Source: Mayamaea pseudoterrestris (Eukaryota). From it: a DNA stretch of 32,381 nt. The DNA lies in contig BROI01000040.1 of NCBI GenBank assembly GCA_027923505.1, positions 62,001 to 94,381 on the forward strand, read 5' to 3'. Both the position numbers and the translations under genes were made by a program. Under the pieces are notes generated by a model. It did no database searches, was not told the origin of the DNA, and worked only from the letters and a program-made list of their open reading frames with translations. Numbering within the stretch: position 1 is the first letter of the stretch; every line of letters starts with the position of its first letter. Below, in pieces: positions 1 to 10,153 of this stretch.

Positions 1-2122
1 CAAGGCTACGCCGGAACTGGTTTCACCTTTGTCCACGCGGCAACGGATGTGCTCATCAACGCCACGTACTACGACTGCTCCACGACGCAGGCGCTGGATA
101 ACAACTTGCCAATTAAGAAACTGTTGCGCAAAGGCGGCTCCGAGGCGCTCAACGTGTTTATTTGCGACACGAGTCAAAACAAGACGAGCTACGTGGTTGG
201 TTGGGCCAACTATCCGCCGCAAGTGTGGTGGAATTTGGCGCAGGATGCCATGTTTGTCGCCAATCCACGAACGTCGCCCTTTTTCAAAGACCCCGTCGTG
301 AGCTACCAAACCATGATTCATGAAGCGGGACATTGGCTCGGGCTTGTATGTATATATTGATTGCGTCGTGCACAATGAGTATTGTCGAAATATTCTTGCC
401 GCGTCTTGCTCACTCATAGCGCTTTTTCTTTTAGCTTCATACCTTCGAAAAGGGCTGCTCCACCGACTCGTATGGGCAGTACAATTTCGTTTCCATGGAG
501 GGAGACGCCGTGAGCGACACACCCAGCCATTCGGGGCCGACGCAGGATCTTCCCGGCTACGCGAAATGCTGGAACATGACGCCTCCCATTAACACGTGCG
601 ACGACAGCATTCCGGGCATTGACGTTGGACTGGATCCAATCAACAACTACATGTACGTGTCGAAGTGGCGGCGGCGTGTTTTGTGATTTGCTGCGTTAGT
701 ATTTTGCGCCTCACACAACCAGCGTTCATATTATATTCGCAGGAATTACATTGCGAGTGCATGCTTGGCCAAGAAGGGCGAGTTTACCACTGGTCAGGTC
801 GCTCGCATGGTGGCGCATGTAAGTTTTAAAATGAACGATTGTGGTGTCCATCAGACGTTTGTTTCTTTACTAATTCCGTTTTTTCTCATCATATACGCAG
901 TGGGAAGGTTTTCGCAATCCAGCGAGAGACATTACTTGCGGGTGCCAATACGTGTGCACCGATGCAGGTACGGCATTTTTTGTTCGACGCAAAGGTTCAG
1001 TGTCGAGTGCGTTACTCACTTACGCTCTTGTGCTATATTGCAGTCTTGGACAGGATGGCCACGTCAACCAAAACTTGTCGAGATGTCATCCAAAGCAACA
1101 TGCTGACCCTGAATGAGCCAAACGCATGTTTGAATGCAGCCAAGGCATACCCAGCTCAGTGTGGACCGTGCAACGTGAATCAATCGCCTTGCAATGTCTT
1201 TATACCAGCACCTGCGCCAACCAAAGCTCCAACCAAAGCTCCAACAAAAAAGCCGACATCTGCACCAGTTGCACCGCCCACCAAGGTTCCAACAAGGCAG
1301 CCAACTGCTGCTCCAGTAGCACCTCCCACTAAGATTCCAACAAGGCAGCCGACGCTAGCTCCAGTTGCGCCGCCGACAAAGCTTCCAACGAACAAGCCGA
1401 CGACTGCTCCTGTAGCACCTCCCACCAATGTTCCAACGCACAAGCCTACAGTCGCTCCCGTAAATCCTCCGACCAAACTTCCAACAAGGTCACCAACCGC
1501 TGCACCAGTCGCCGCGCCCACAAACGTTCCAACGAACAAGCCTACAGGCGCTCCAGTGAAACCCCCAACGAGGCAGCCGACCGCTGCACCCGTCGCGGCG
1601 CCCACTAAACCTCCAACCAAAACGCCGACAGTTGCTCCAGTGAAACCTCCCACCAAGCTTCCCACACGAAAACCGACCGTTGCACCCGTCAAGCCACCCA
1701 CCAAACCACCAACCAAGGCCCCCGTCAAGCCACCAACCAAAGCCCCCGTCAAGCCACCCACCAAGGCACCTGTCAAGCCACCCACCAAGGCTCCCGTCAA
1801 GTTACCAACACCGGCTCCGGTGAAAAAGAAGCCATCGGCACCGGTGGCAGCGTCGGTGCAATTGTTCTTTCCGACAGAGTCGCCAAACGGGACGGCTTCT
1901 CCGGCAGCAGTCGTAACACCAACGAGCGCCGCGCCAGTGGCGCTTCTGACACTATCCGCCAAGGATTGCGCCAGTCTTGTTCGACAACAGTGCAGCTGCA
2001 GTGGCAACGCGCGCTGCTACAAGCGTCAAATCAGCGACGGCTGCCACGCACCCTCATCGCAAACCAAGCTGCGCGCCTACTCGAGCAGCGTGCTGAGCAA
2101 GTTTCACGCATTGTGCAAGTAA
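1..2122 (+). CDS. M43 (pappalysin/ulilysin-like) zinc metalloprotease with Cys-rich module and Pro/Thr-rich stalk; 5' truncated, spliced. Exons <1-345, 435-652, 743-818, 901-967, 1044-2122
   Basis: Removing four GT..AG introns (346-434, 653-742, 819-900, 968-1043) gives one open frame. It rebuilds the metzincin motif HEAGHWLGL|LHTF (HExxHxxGxxH), GDAVSDTP, the Met-turn NNYM|NY and FTTGQVARM, all typical of M43. A CGC..C..C..C..CGPC module, PT repeats and a small Cys-containing tail follow. Confidence 0.88.
1205..1833 (+). repeat. Coding Pro/Thr/Lys-rich repeat (about 16 aa APVAPPTKxPTxxPTx units grading into 8 aa APVKPPTK units)
   Basis: Seen in the translation of the last exon. Third codon positions vary between copies, consistent with conservation at the protein level. 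Confidence 0.9.
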
Positions 2123-2635
2123 CAACAAACAATTTTGTCGTTTAGCTTTATTCATATAGAATTTTTTCATTCATCATTTACATGCTCATGCTCGTGTGTG
2201 TGTATGTGATTTATTCATTGGCAACCATTGTAATCGCAGCTGCCACGCCGCAACGCTAGGTGCACGCGGCAGACGAATCGTCGACTCGTCCCTCCATTCG
2301 CCAATGAGTCGCAATGCAGTCCTTCGCGAGCAGAAACTGAACCATGGTGTGATGCATATACTCGTTCGTTCAAACATAGCGTGGGAGGTGGGCATGATGC
2401 AAAGAATGAATGAAATGAACGAACGGATCGTGCGAAACTGAGTCGCAGTATGACTAACGTTTGCTTGTCTAGGTATGAAACGTCATAGCATCGTTTCGGT
2501 AATGATCAACTGACCGTTGCAAACGTTTCAAAATCGTGCCTCGACCATGACGATTTCGTCATTACGCATGCCATCAACGCTCAGTCGTCCACCATTCGTC
2601 TACTACTATACAATACTTATATTCTTCATTATAGT

Positions 2636-4294
2636 ATGGAGCTGTTCGAACCATCGATGGATTCCAATCGATTCAGCAGCCGCACTCGCCGTTCGTTGTC
2701 GGTTTCGCCTCGTTCCGCTTCCACGAGAAGATTCACATGGACCAGTCTGCTACTTTCGTTCGGTCTCGCAACCACCGCCACGTTTTTCGCCGTCCAGCTA
2801 AATGCCGGCACTGAACGCAATTTGCATGTTTTGCAGTCTCATTTATTGCGCGAGTCGACCCTGTCGCATCATGGAAAAAGGAGGAGAGTAACGACGAGTG
2901 ACGAACCAGCAAGTCGCACGGATCGAAACAGCAACGTGACAATCAATGCAACGACAGAGATACGCAATGGATCCATCTACAGCAACAATCGTTACTACTA
3001 CAATTACCATGGCCCTTCATTGGATTCGTCCACTCCATTCTCCTGGCGTGACTCGCGCAACATTCCAAATTGGCTCAAGCGTTACATTAAATGGCACAAT
3101 GCAACAAAATCATCATTGACGCCAGCCAACAATGACAATTCCTCCACCAAGTACTTGATATTGCGCTGTCTACGCGAATTCGATCCAAAGTGCGGCGGCG
3201 CGTCCGATCGCTTGCAGCTACTTCCCTTTGCTCTCCTGGTGGCGCATCAAAGCAAGCGCCTGCTGCTCATTCAGTGGACGCGGCCACATGCTTTGGAGCA
3301 TTATTTGCAGCCCCACTTGATCAATTGGACCGTGCCGCAGTGGATGCACGTTCCATACACAAAGTCGACGCTACAAAACACGAACCAAGTGTTGCAACTA
3401 CTCGACGCCAACCATTCGCTGTCACGCAAGATTTTTGTCGACGTAAGGCACCAGTCGCACGACTACGGCATGAGCTACTACGATGGACATGCCAATGCGA
3501 GTGGTGAATTGATGTTTCTGCAAGTGTATCGCTCCATCTGGCAAGCAACCTTTCGTCCGTCGCGGGCGGTGCGCAACAATATACTGCAGCACGAGCTGCT
3601 GCGGAAGCCACCATTGCCAATCAACGCGACTTTGTCACAACAACAACAACCACCGCAAGACTACGTTTCACTGCACATTCGCACCCTCTACGCTCGCAAC
3701 AAGAGTGCGCACGTTGACATGATACATGACGCCGTGCACTGCGCCTACGAAATGGCCTACAATCAAAGTATGATGATGTCGCAAAACAACAACAATCAAC
3801 AAATGCAAGGAAACAATGCCAGCACGCTTGCCTCGGCCGTCTTTATATCCACCGACAGCTTGGCCAGCACCAAACTGGCAGTGGACTATGCGCAGCAGTA
3901 TTTTGACAAGGTGTCGAGTCGACTCGGTGATGGCGGTGAACGCAATGACAACAGCAGCGAAAGCAATGGCACTAGCAACCATCCACTGCACTTGGATCGC
4001 GGCTTGGACTTTTTGAACGTTCCGTCGGGGCACAATTCGTCGTCAGCAGCTGCATATTGGAACGAACATCCTGCGTCCGCCTTTTCCAGCGTGTTTGAAG
4101 ATTTGTATTTGCTTGCCGGTGGCGCTTGTCACGTGTATGGTTTGGGCGGCTATGGGCGTTGGGCAGCCAGTTTGAGTGACAATGCTTCGTGCGTCTACAA
4201 TCACGCCAATCGCAAACGCAAGTGCTCGACACCGCAAGAGCTGCATGTGAACAAGGAAACGACTAGTAGTGGTAGTGCGCTTGCAGATGCTTGA
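2636..4294 (+). CDS. Fucosyltransferase-like type II membrane protein (GT-B fold, GT23/GT37-like)
   Basis: 552 aa ORF with an N-terminal hydrophobic anchor (WTSLLLSFGLATTATFFAV) and a stem. Then CGGASDRL, RLLLIQW, YVSLHIR, VFISTDS and FEDLYLLA, which resemble the GDP-fucose-binding motifs I-III of alpha-2/alpha-6/O-fucosyltransferases. Exact family not resolved. Confidence 0.65.
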   Translation: MELFEPSMDSNRFSSRTRRSLSVSPRSASTRRFTWTSLLLSFGLATTATFFAVQLNAGTERNLHVLQSHLLRESTLSHHGKRRRVTTSDEPASRTDRNSNVTINATTEIRNGSIYSNNRYYYNYHGPSLDSSTPFSWRDSRNIPNWLKRYIKWHNATKSSLTPANNDNSSTKYLILRCLREFDPKCGGASDRLQLLPFALLVAHQSKRLLLIQWTRPHALEHYLQPHLINWTVPQWMHVPYTKSTLQNTNQVLQLLDANHSLSRKIFVDVRHQSHDYGMSYYDGHANASGELMFLQVYRSIWQATFRPSRAVRNNILQHELLRKPPLPINATLSQQQQPPQDYVSLHIRTLYARNKSAHVDMIHDAVHCAYEMAYNQSMMMSQNNNNQQMQGNNASTLASAVFISTDSLASTKLAVDYAQQYFDKVSSRLGDGGERNDNSSESNGTSNHPLHLDRGLDFLNVPSGHNSSSAAAYWNEHPASAFSSVFEDLYLLAGGACHVYGLGGYGRWAASLSDNASCVYNHANRKRKCSTPQELHVNKETTSSGSALADA

Positions 4295-4550
4295 AAATTG
4301 AGCATTGTCACAACGTTTCTACTTGAAGTTCGAAATGAAACACTGCTTATAAACTAACTAGCTTTTAAAGTCATTAATATATACAGTGATTTGTAAACAC
4401 TACTTTTCACTCACAACCTGACAAAATCTACTCGTATCATTCCAAAGAATTCCATGTAATCCCCATCCTACTGCTGGATGCGTCACCAGAGGACAGTATC
4501 AGAAACATTTGCAATGCTTTGAACAGATAATGGTTCCGTATTTGTATTGG

Positions 4551-7051
4551 TGTCACAGCGTCTGCGGGCTGAGACTGGTGACAAGTTGTCACCAAATACA
4601 TTGCCATCCCCTGAGACACCAGCCAAGACTACCATCTTGTAGCACAGCCTGAATAATGATGTTGGCACCATTCTGTTGTATTTTGGGCACCTACAGGGCT
4701 TGCTGTAGGGGCGTTTAAATGTCATGGCATCTGCGGGCTGAGACTGGTGACAAGTTGTCACCAAATACATTGCCATCCCCTGAGACACCAGCCAAGCCTA
4801 CCATCTTGTAGCGCAGCTTGACCAATGATGTTGGCACCATTCTGGTGTATGTTGGGCACCTACAGTGCTTGCTGTAGGGGCGGATGAATGTCATGGCATC
4901 TGCGGGCTGAGACTGGTGACAAGTTGTCATAAAAAACATTGCCATCCACTGAGACACCAGCCAAGCCTACCATCTTGTAGCGCAGCCTGAATAATGATGT
5001 TGGCACCATTCTGGTGTATTTTGGGCACCTACAGGGCTTGCTGTAGGGGCATTGGAAAGTCACAGCATCTGCAGGCTGAGACTGGTGACAAGTTGTCACC
5101 AAATACATTGCCATCCCATGAGACACCCGCCAAGCCTACCATCTTGTAGCACAGCCTGAATAATGATGTTGGCACCATTCTGGCGTATTGTGGGCACCTA
5201 CAGGGCTTGCTGTAGGGGCGTTTGAATGTCACGGCATCTGCGGGCTGAGACTGGTGACAAGTTGTCACCAAATACATTGCCATCCCCTGAGACACCCGTC
5301 AAGCCTACCATGTTGTAGCGCAGCCTGAATAATGATGGTGGCACCATTCTGGTGTATTGTGGGTACCTACAGGGCTTGCTGTAGGGGCATTTGAATGTCA
5401 CGGCATCTGCGGGCTGAGACTGGTGACAAGTTGTCACCAAAAACATTGCTATCCCCTGAGACACCAGGCAAGCCTACCATCTTGCAGCGCAGCCTGAATA
5501 ATGATGTTGGCACCATTCTGGTGCTTTTTGGGCACCTACAGGGCTTGCTGTAGGGGCATTGGAATGTCACAGCATCTGCGGGCTGAGACTGGTGACAAGT
5601 TGTCACCAAATACATTGCCATCCCCTGAGACACCAGCCAAGCCTATCATCTTGTAGCGCAGCCTGAATAATGATGTTGGCACCATTCTGGTGTACTGTGG
5701 GCACCTACAGGGCTTGTTGTAGGGGCGTTTGAATGTCATAGCATCTGCGGGCTGAGACTGGTGACAAGTTGTCACCAAATACATTGCCATCCCCTGAGAC
5801 ACCCGTCAAGCCTACCATGTTGTAGCGCAGCCTGAAAAATGTTGGTGGTGGTGGCACCATTCTGTGTATTGTGGGTACCTACAGGGCTTGCTGTAGGGGC
5901 GTTTGAATGTCACGGCATCTGCGGGCTGAGACTGGTGACAAGTTGTCACCAAATACATTGCCATCCCCTGATACACCAGCCAAGACTACCATGTTGTAGC
6001 GCAGCCTGAATAATGATGGTGGCACCATTCTGGTGCATTGTGGGCCCCTACAGGGCTTGCAGTAGGGGCGTTTGAATGTCATGGCATCTGCAGGCTGAGG
6101 CTGGTGACAAGTTGTCACCAAATACAGTGCCATCCCCTGAGACACCAGCCAAGCCTACCATCTTGTAGATCAGCCTGAATAAGGATGTTGGCACCATTCT
6201 GGTGTTTTTTGGGCACCTACAGGGCTTGCTGTAGGGGCGTTTGAATGTCACAGCATCTGCGGGCTGAGACTGGTGACAAGTTGTCACCAAATACATTGCC
6301 ATCTCCTGAGAAACCAGCCAAGCCTACCATCTTGTAGTGCAGCCTGACAAATGATGTTGGCACCATTCTGGTGTATGTTGGGCACCTACAGGGCTTGCTG
6401 TAGGGGTGTTTGAATGTCACGGCATCTGCGGGCTGGGACTGGTGACAAGTTGTCACCAAATACATTGCCATCCCCTGAGACAGCAGCCAAGCATACCTTC
6501 TTGTAACGCAGCCTGAATAAGGATGTTGGCACCATTCTCGTGCATTTTGGGCACCTACAGGGCTTGCTGTAGGGGCATTTAAATATCACGGCATCTGCGG
6601 GCTGAGACTGGTGACAAGTTGTCACCAAATACATTGCCATCTCCTGAGAGACCAGCCAAGCCAACCATCTTGTAGCGCAGTCTGAATAATGATGTTGGCA
6701 CCATTCTGGTGTATTTTGGGCACCTACAGGGCTTGCTGTAGGGGTGTTTGAATGTCACGGCATCTGCAGGCTGAGAATGGTGACAAGTTGTCACCAAATA
6801 CATTGCCATCCCCTGAGATACCAGCCAAGCCTACCATCTTGTAGCGCAGCCTGAATAATGATGTTGGCACCATTCTGGCGTATTTTGGGCACCTACAGGG
6901 CTTGCTGTAGGGGCGTTTGAATGTCACAGCATCTGCAGGCTGAGACTGGTGACAAGTTGTCACCAAAAACATTGCCATCCCCTGAGACACCAGCCAAGCC
7001 TACCATCTTGTAGCGCAGCCTGAATAATGATGTTGGCACCATTCTGGTGTA
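4551..7051. repeat. Tandem array 1: 169 bp monomer, about 14.8 copies
   Basis: The palindrome GGTGACAAGTTGTCACC recurs at 4577, 4746, 4915 (variant), 5084, 5253, 5422, 5591, 5760, 5934, 6103, 6272, 6441, 6610, 6779 and 6948. Spacing is 169 bp except one 174 bp unit with a GGT expansion near 5843. Confidence 0.97.
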
Positions 7052-7054
7052 CGT

Positions 7055-10000
7055 CAACAATGATGGTTTGTATAGCCAAAAAGGGTGCACCGCTGGCACA
7101 TTCAACATTCAGTGAATGTGCAGAGTCTCATGTCAAAGGGATGGGTTTTACACCAAGGTGACAAGCCTTTGCGCTCTAATCACTTAAATAATGTATGTTT
7201 TTTGTATTCCAGAGCTGGCAGGCCATTCTGGCATTATGAAGTGCCACTTGAGGTGCACTGCTAGCAGATTCAACAAGTTGCTGGATCTGCCGAGTCTCAC
7301 CATGACATACATGGTGGTGGAGACTGGATTGGGTGGGTGCAACTGACCTAAGCATTGGCCCATCATGACATTAAACATGAAGTGAAATGGATTGGAGGGC
7401 TCAACTGGCAACAATGATGGTTTGTATAGCCAAAAAGGGTGCACCGCTGGCACATTCAACCATTCATTGAATGTGCAAAGTCTCATGGTAAAGAAAAGGG
7501 TTCCACAGCCAAGGTGTCATTCCGTTGTGTCCTAATCATTTTTTAACCACAATGTTCTTTGTATTTTAGAATTGGCAGGCCATTCTGGCAGTATGAAGTG
7601 TTACTTGAGGTGCACTGCTAGCAGATTCAACAAGTTGCCGGATCTGCCGAGTCTCACCATGACATACATGGTGGTGGAGACTGGAATGGGTGGGTGCAAC
7701 TGACCTAAGCATTGGCCCATCATGACACCAAACATGAATTGAAATGGATTGGAGGGCTCAATTGGCAACAATGATTGTTTGTGTAGCCAATAAGGGTGCA
7801 CCGCTGGCACATTCAACCATTCATTGAATGTGCGGAGTCTCATGGCAAAGGGATGGGTTTCACACCCAAGGTGACAAGCCTTTGCGCTCTAATCACTAAA
7901 AAATGTATGTTTTTGTATTCCAGAACTGGCAGGCCATTCTGGCAGTATGAAGCGCCACTTGAGGTGCACTGCTAGCAGATTCAACAAGTTGCTGGATCTG
8001 CCGAGTCTCACCATGACATACATGGTGGTGGAGACTGGAATGGGTGGGTGCAACTGACCTAAGCGCATTGGCCCATCATGACACCAAACATGCATTGAAA
8101 TGGATTGAAGGGCTCAACTGGCAACAATGATGGTTTGTATAGCCAAAAAGGGTGCACCGCTGGCACATTCAACCATTCATTGAATGTGCGGAGTCTCATG
8201 TCAAAGAAAAGGGTTTCACACCCAAGGTGACAAGTCTTTGCGCTCTAATCACTTAAAAAATGTTTGTTTTTTGTATTCCAGAACTGGCAGGCCATTCTAG
8301 CAGTATGAAGTGCCACTTGAGGTGCACTGCTAGCAGATCCAACAAGTTCCTGGATCTGCCGAGTCTCACCACGACATACATGGTGGTGGAGACTGGAATG
8401 GGTGGGTGCAACTGACCTAAGCATTGGCCCATCATGACACCAAACATGAATTGAAATGGATTGGAGGGCTCAACTGGCAACAATGATGGTTTGTATAGCC
8501 AAAAAAGGTGCACTGCTGGCACATTCAACCATTCATTGAATGTGCGGAGTCTCTGGCAAAGGGATGGGTTTCACACCCAAGGTGACAAGCCTTTGCGCTC
8601 TAATCACTTACAAAATGTATGTTTTTTGTATTCCAGAACTGGCAGGCCATTCTGGCAGTATGAAGTGCCACTTGAGGTGCACTGCTAGCAGATTCAACAA
8701 GTTGCTGGATCCGCCTAGTCTCACCATGACATACATGGTGGTGGAGACTGGAATGGGTGGGTGCATCTGACCTAAGCATTGGCCCATCATGACACCAAAC
8801 ATGAATTGAAATGGATTGGAGGGCTCAACTGGCAGCAATGATGGTTTGTATAGCCAAAAAGGGTGCACTGCTGGCACATTCAACCATTCATTGAATGTGC
8901 GGAGTCTCATGGCAAAGGGATGGGTTTCACACCCAAGGTGACAAGCCTTTGCGCTCTAATCAATTAAAAAATGTATGTGTTTTGTATTCCAGAACTGGCA
9001 GGCCATTCTGGCAGTATGAAGTGCCACTTGAGGTGCACTGCTAGCAGATTCAACAAGTTGCTGGATCCGCCGAGTCTCACCACGACATACATGGTGGTGG
9101 AGACTGGAATGGGTGGGTGCATCTGACCTAAGCATTGGCCCATCATGACACCAAACATGAATTGAAATGGATTGGATGTTTCAACAGGCAACACAGATGG
9201 TTTCTGTAGCCAAAAAGGGTGCACCGCTGGCACATTCAACCATTCATTGAATGTGCGGAGTCTCATGTCAAAGAAAAGGGTTTCACACCCAGGGTGACAA
9301 GCCTTTGCGCTCTAAACACTTAAAAATGTATGTTTTTTTGTATTCCAGAACTGGCAGGCCATTCTGGCAGTATGAAGCGCCACTTGAGGTGCACTGCTAG
9401 CAGATTCAACAAGTTGCTGGATCTGCCGAGTCTCACCATGACATACATGGTGGTGGAGACTGGATTGGGTGGGTGCAACTGACCTAAGCATTGGCCCATC
9501 ATGACATTAAACATGAAGTGAAATGGATTGGAGGGCTCAACTGGCAACAATGATGGTTTGTATAGCCAAAAAGGGTGCACCGCTGGCACATTCAACCATT
9601 CATTGAATGTGCAAAGTCTCATGGTAAAGAAAAGGGTTCCACAGCCAAGGTGTCATTCCGTTGTGTCCTAATCATTTTTTAACCACAATGTTCTTTGTAT
9701 TTTAGAATTGGCAGGCCATTCTGGCAGTATGAAGTGTTACTTGAGGTGCACTGCTAGCAGATTCAACAAGTTGCCGGATCTGCCGAGTCTCACCATGACA
9801 TACATGGTGGTGGAGACTGGAATGGGTGGGTGCAACTGACCTAAGCATTGGCCCATCATGACACCAAACATGAATTGAAATGGATTGGAGGGCTCAATTG
9901 GCAACAATGATTGTTTGTGTAGCCAATAAGGGTGCACCGCTGGCACATTCAACCATTCATTGAATGTGCGGAGTCTCATGGCAAAGGGATGGGTTTCACA

Positions 10001-10153
10001 CCCAAGGTGACAAGCCTTTGCGCTCTAATCACTTAAAAAATGTATGTTTTTTGTATTCCAGAACTGGCAGGCTATTCTGGCAGTATGAAGTGCCACTTGA
10101 GGTGCACTGCTAGCAGATTCAACAAGTTGCTGGATCTGTCGAGTCTCACCACG
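7055..10153. repeat. Tandem array 2: ~356 bp monomer, about 8.7 copies; each unit is a diverged dimer (186 + 170 bp)
   Basis: Near-identical units recur every 355-358 bp (for example ORF-track starts 8910, 9266, 9622, 9979). Internal homology between GGTGCACTGCTAGCAGATTCAAC and GGTGCACCGCTGGCACATTCAAC, 186 bp apart. Confidence 0.97.

Noticed and set aside
839..1043. N-terminal part of the 427 aa ORF as coding
   Set aside because: It spans introns 3 and 4 and an exon read in another frame. The coding frame joins this ORF only from 1044.
1180..2007. 275 aa Gly/Val/Ala-rich minus-strand ORF
   Set aside because: Antisense shadow of the Pro/Thr repeat in the protease gene.
4340..4450. Helitron 3' end (CTAG at about 4358) bounding the array block
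   Set aside because: No GC-rich subterminal hairpin near the CTAG, and the stretch looks like the AT-rich 3' region of the upstream gene.
4437..7108. Series of 60-100 aa minus-strand ORFs across array 1 as real genes
   Set aside because: They follow from a 169 bp period (not a multiple of 3) cycling through frames. A trial GTAGGC..CCGCAG intron leaves a 98 bp exon that does not keep frame.
8560..8600. Twister ribozyme-like loop CAAGG-TGACAAGC-CTTTG with a potential GA-GTC pseudoknot partner in the 356-mer
   Set aside because: The P1-UAA-P2-GC elements required by the twister consensus could not be placed in any permutation, and the motif is lost in the variant units. An Infernal search with twister models would be decisive.
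4551..10153. CRISPR, TIGR-like or other guide array; tRNA, 5S, snRNA or hammerhead arrays
   Set aside because: Units are similar along their full length with no unique spacers, and there is no adjacent effector gene. No convincing tRNA, 5S, U snRNA or CUGANGA/GAAA cores were seen. ATGATG and CTGA box C/D-like words are present but imperfect and too short to count.
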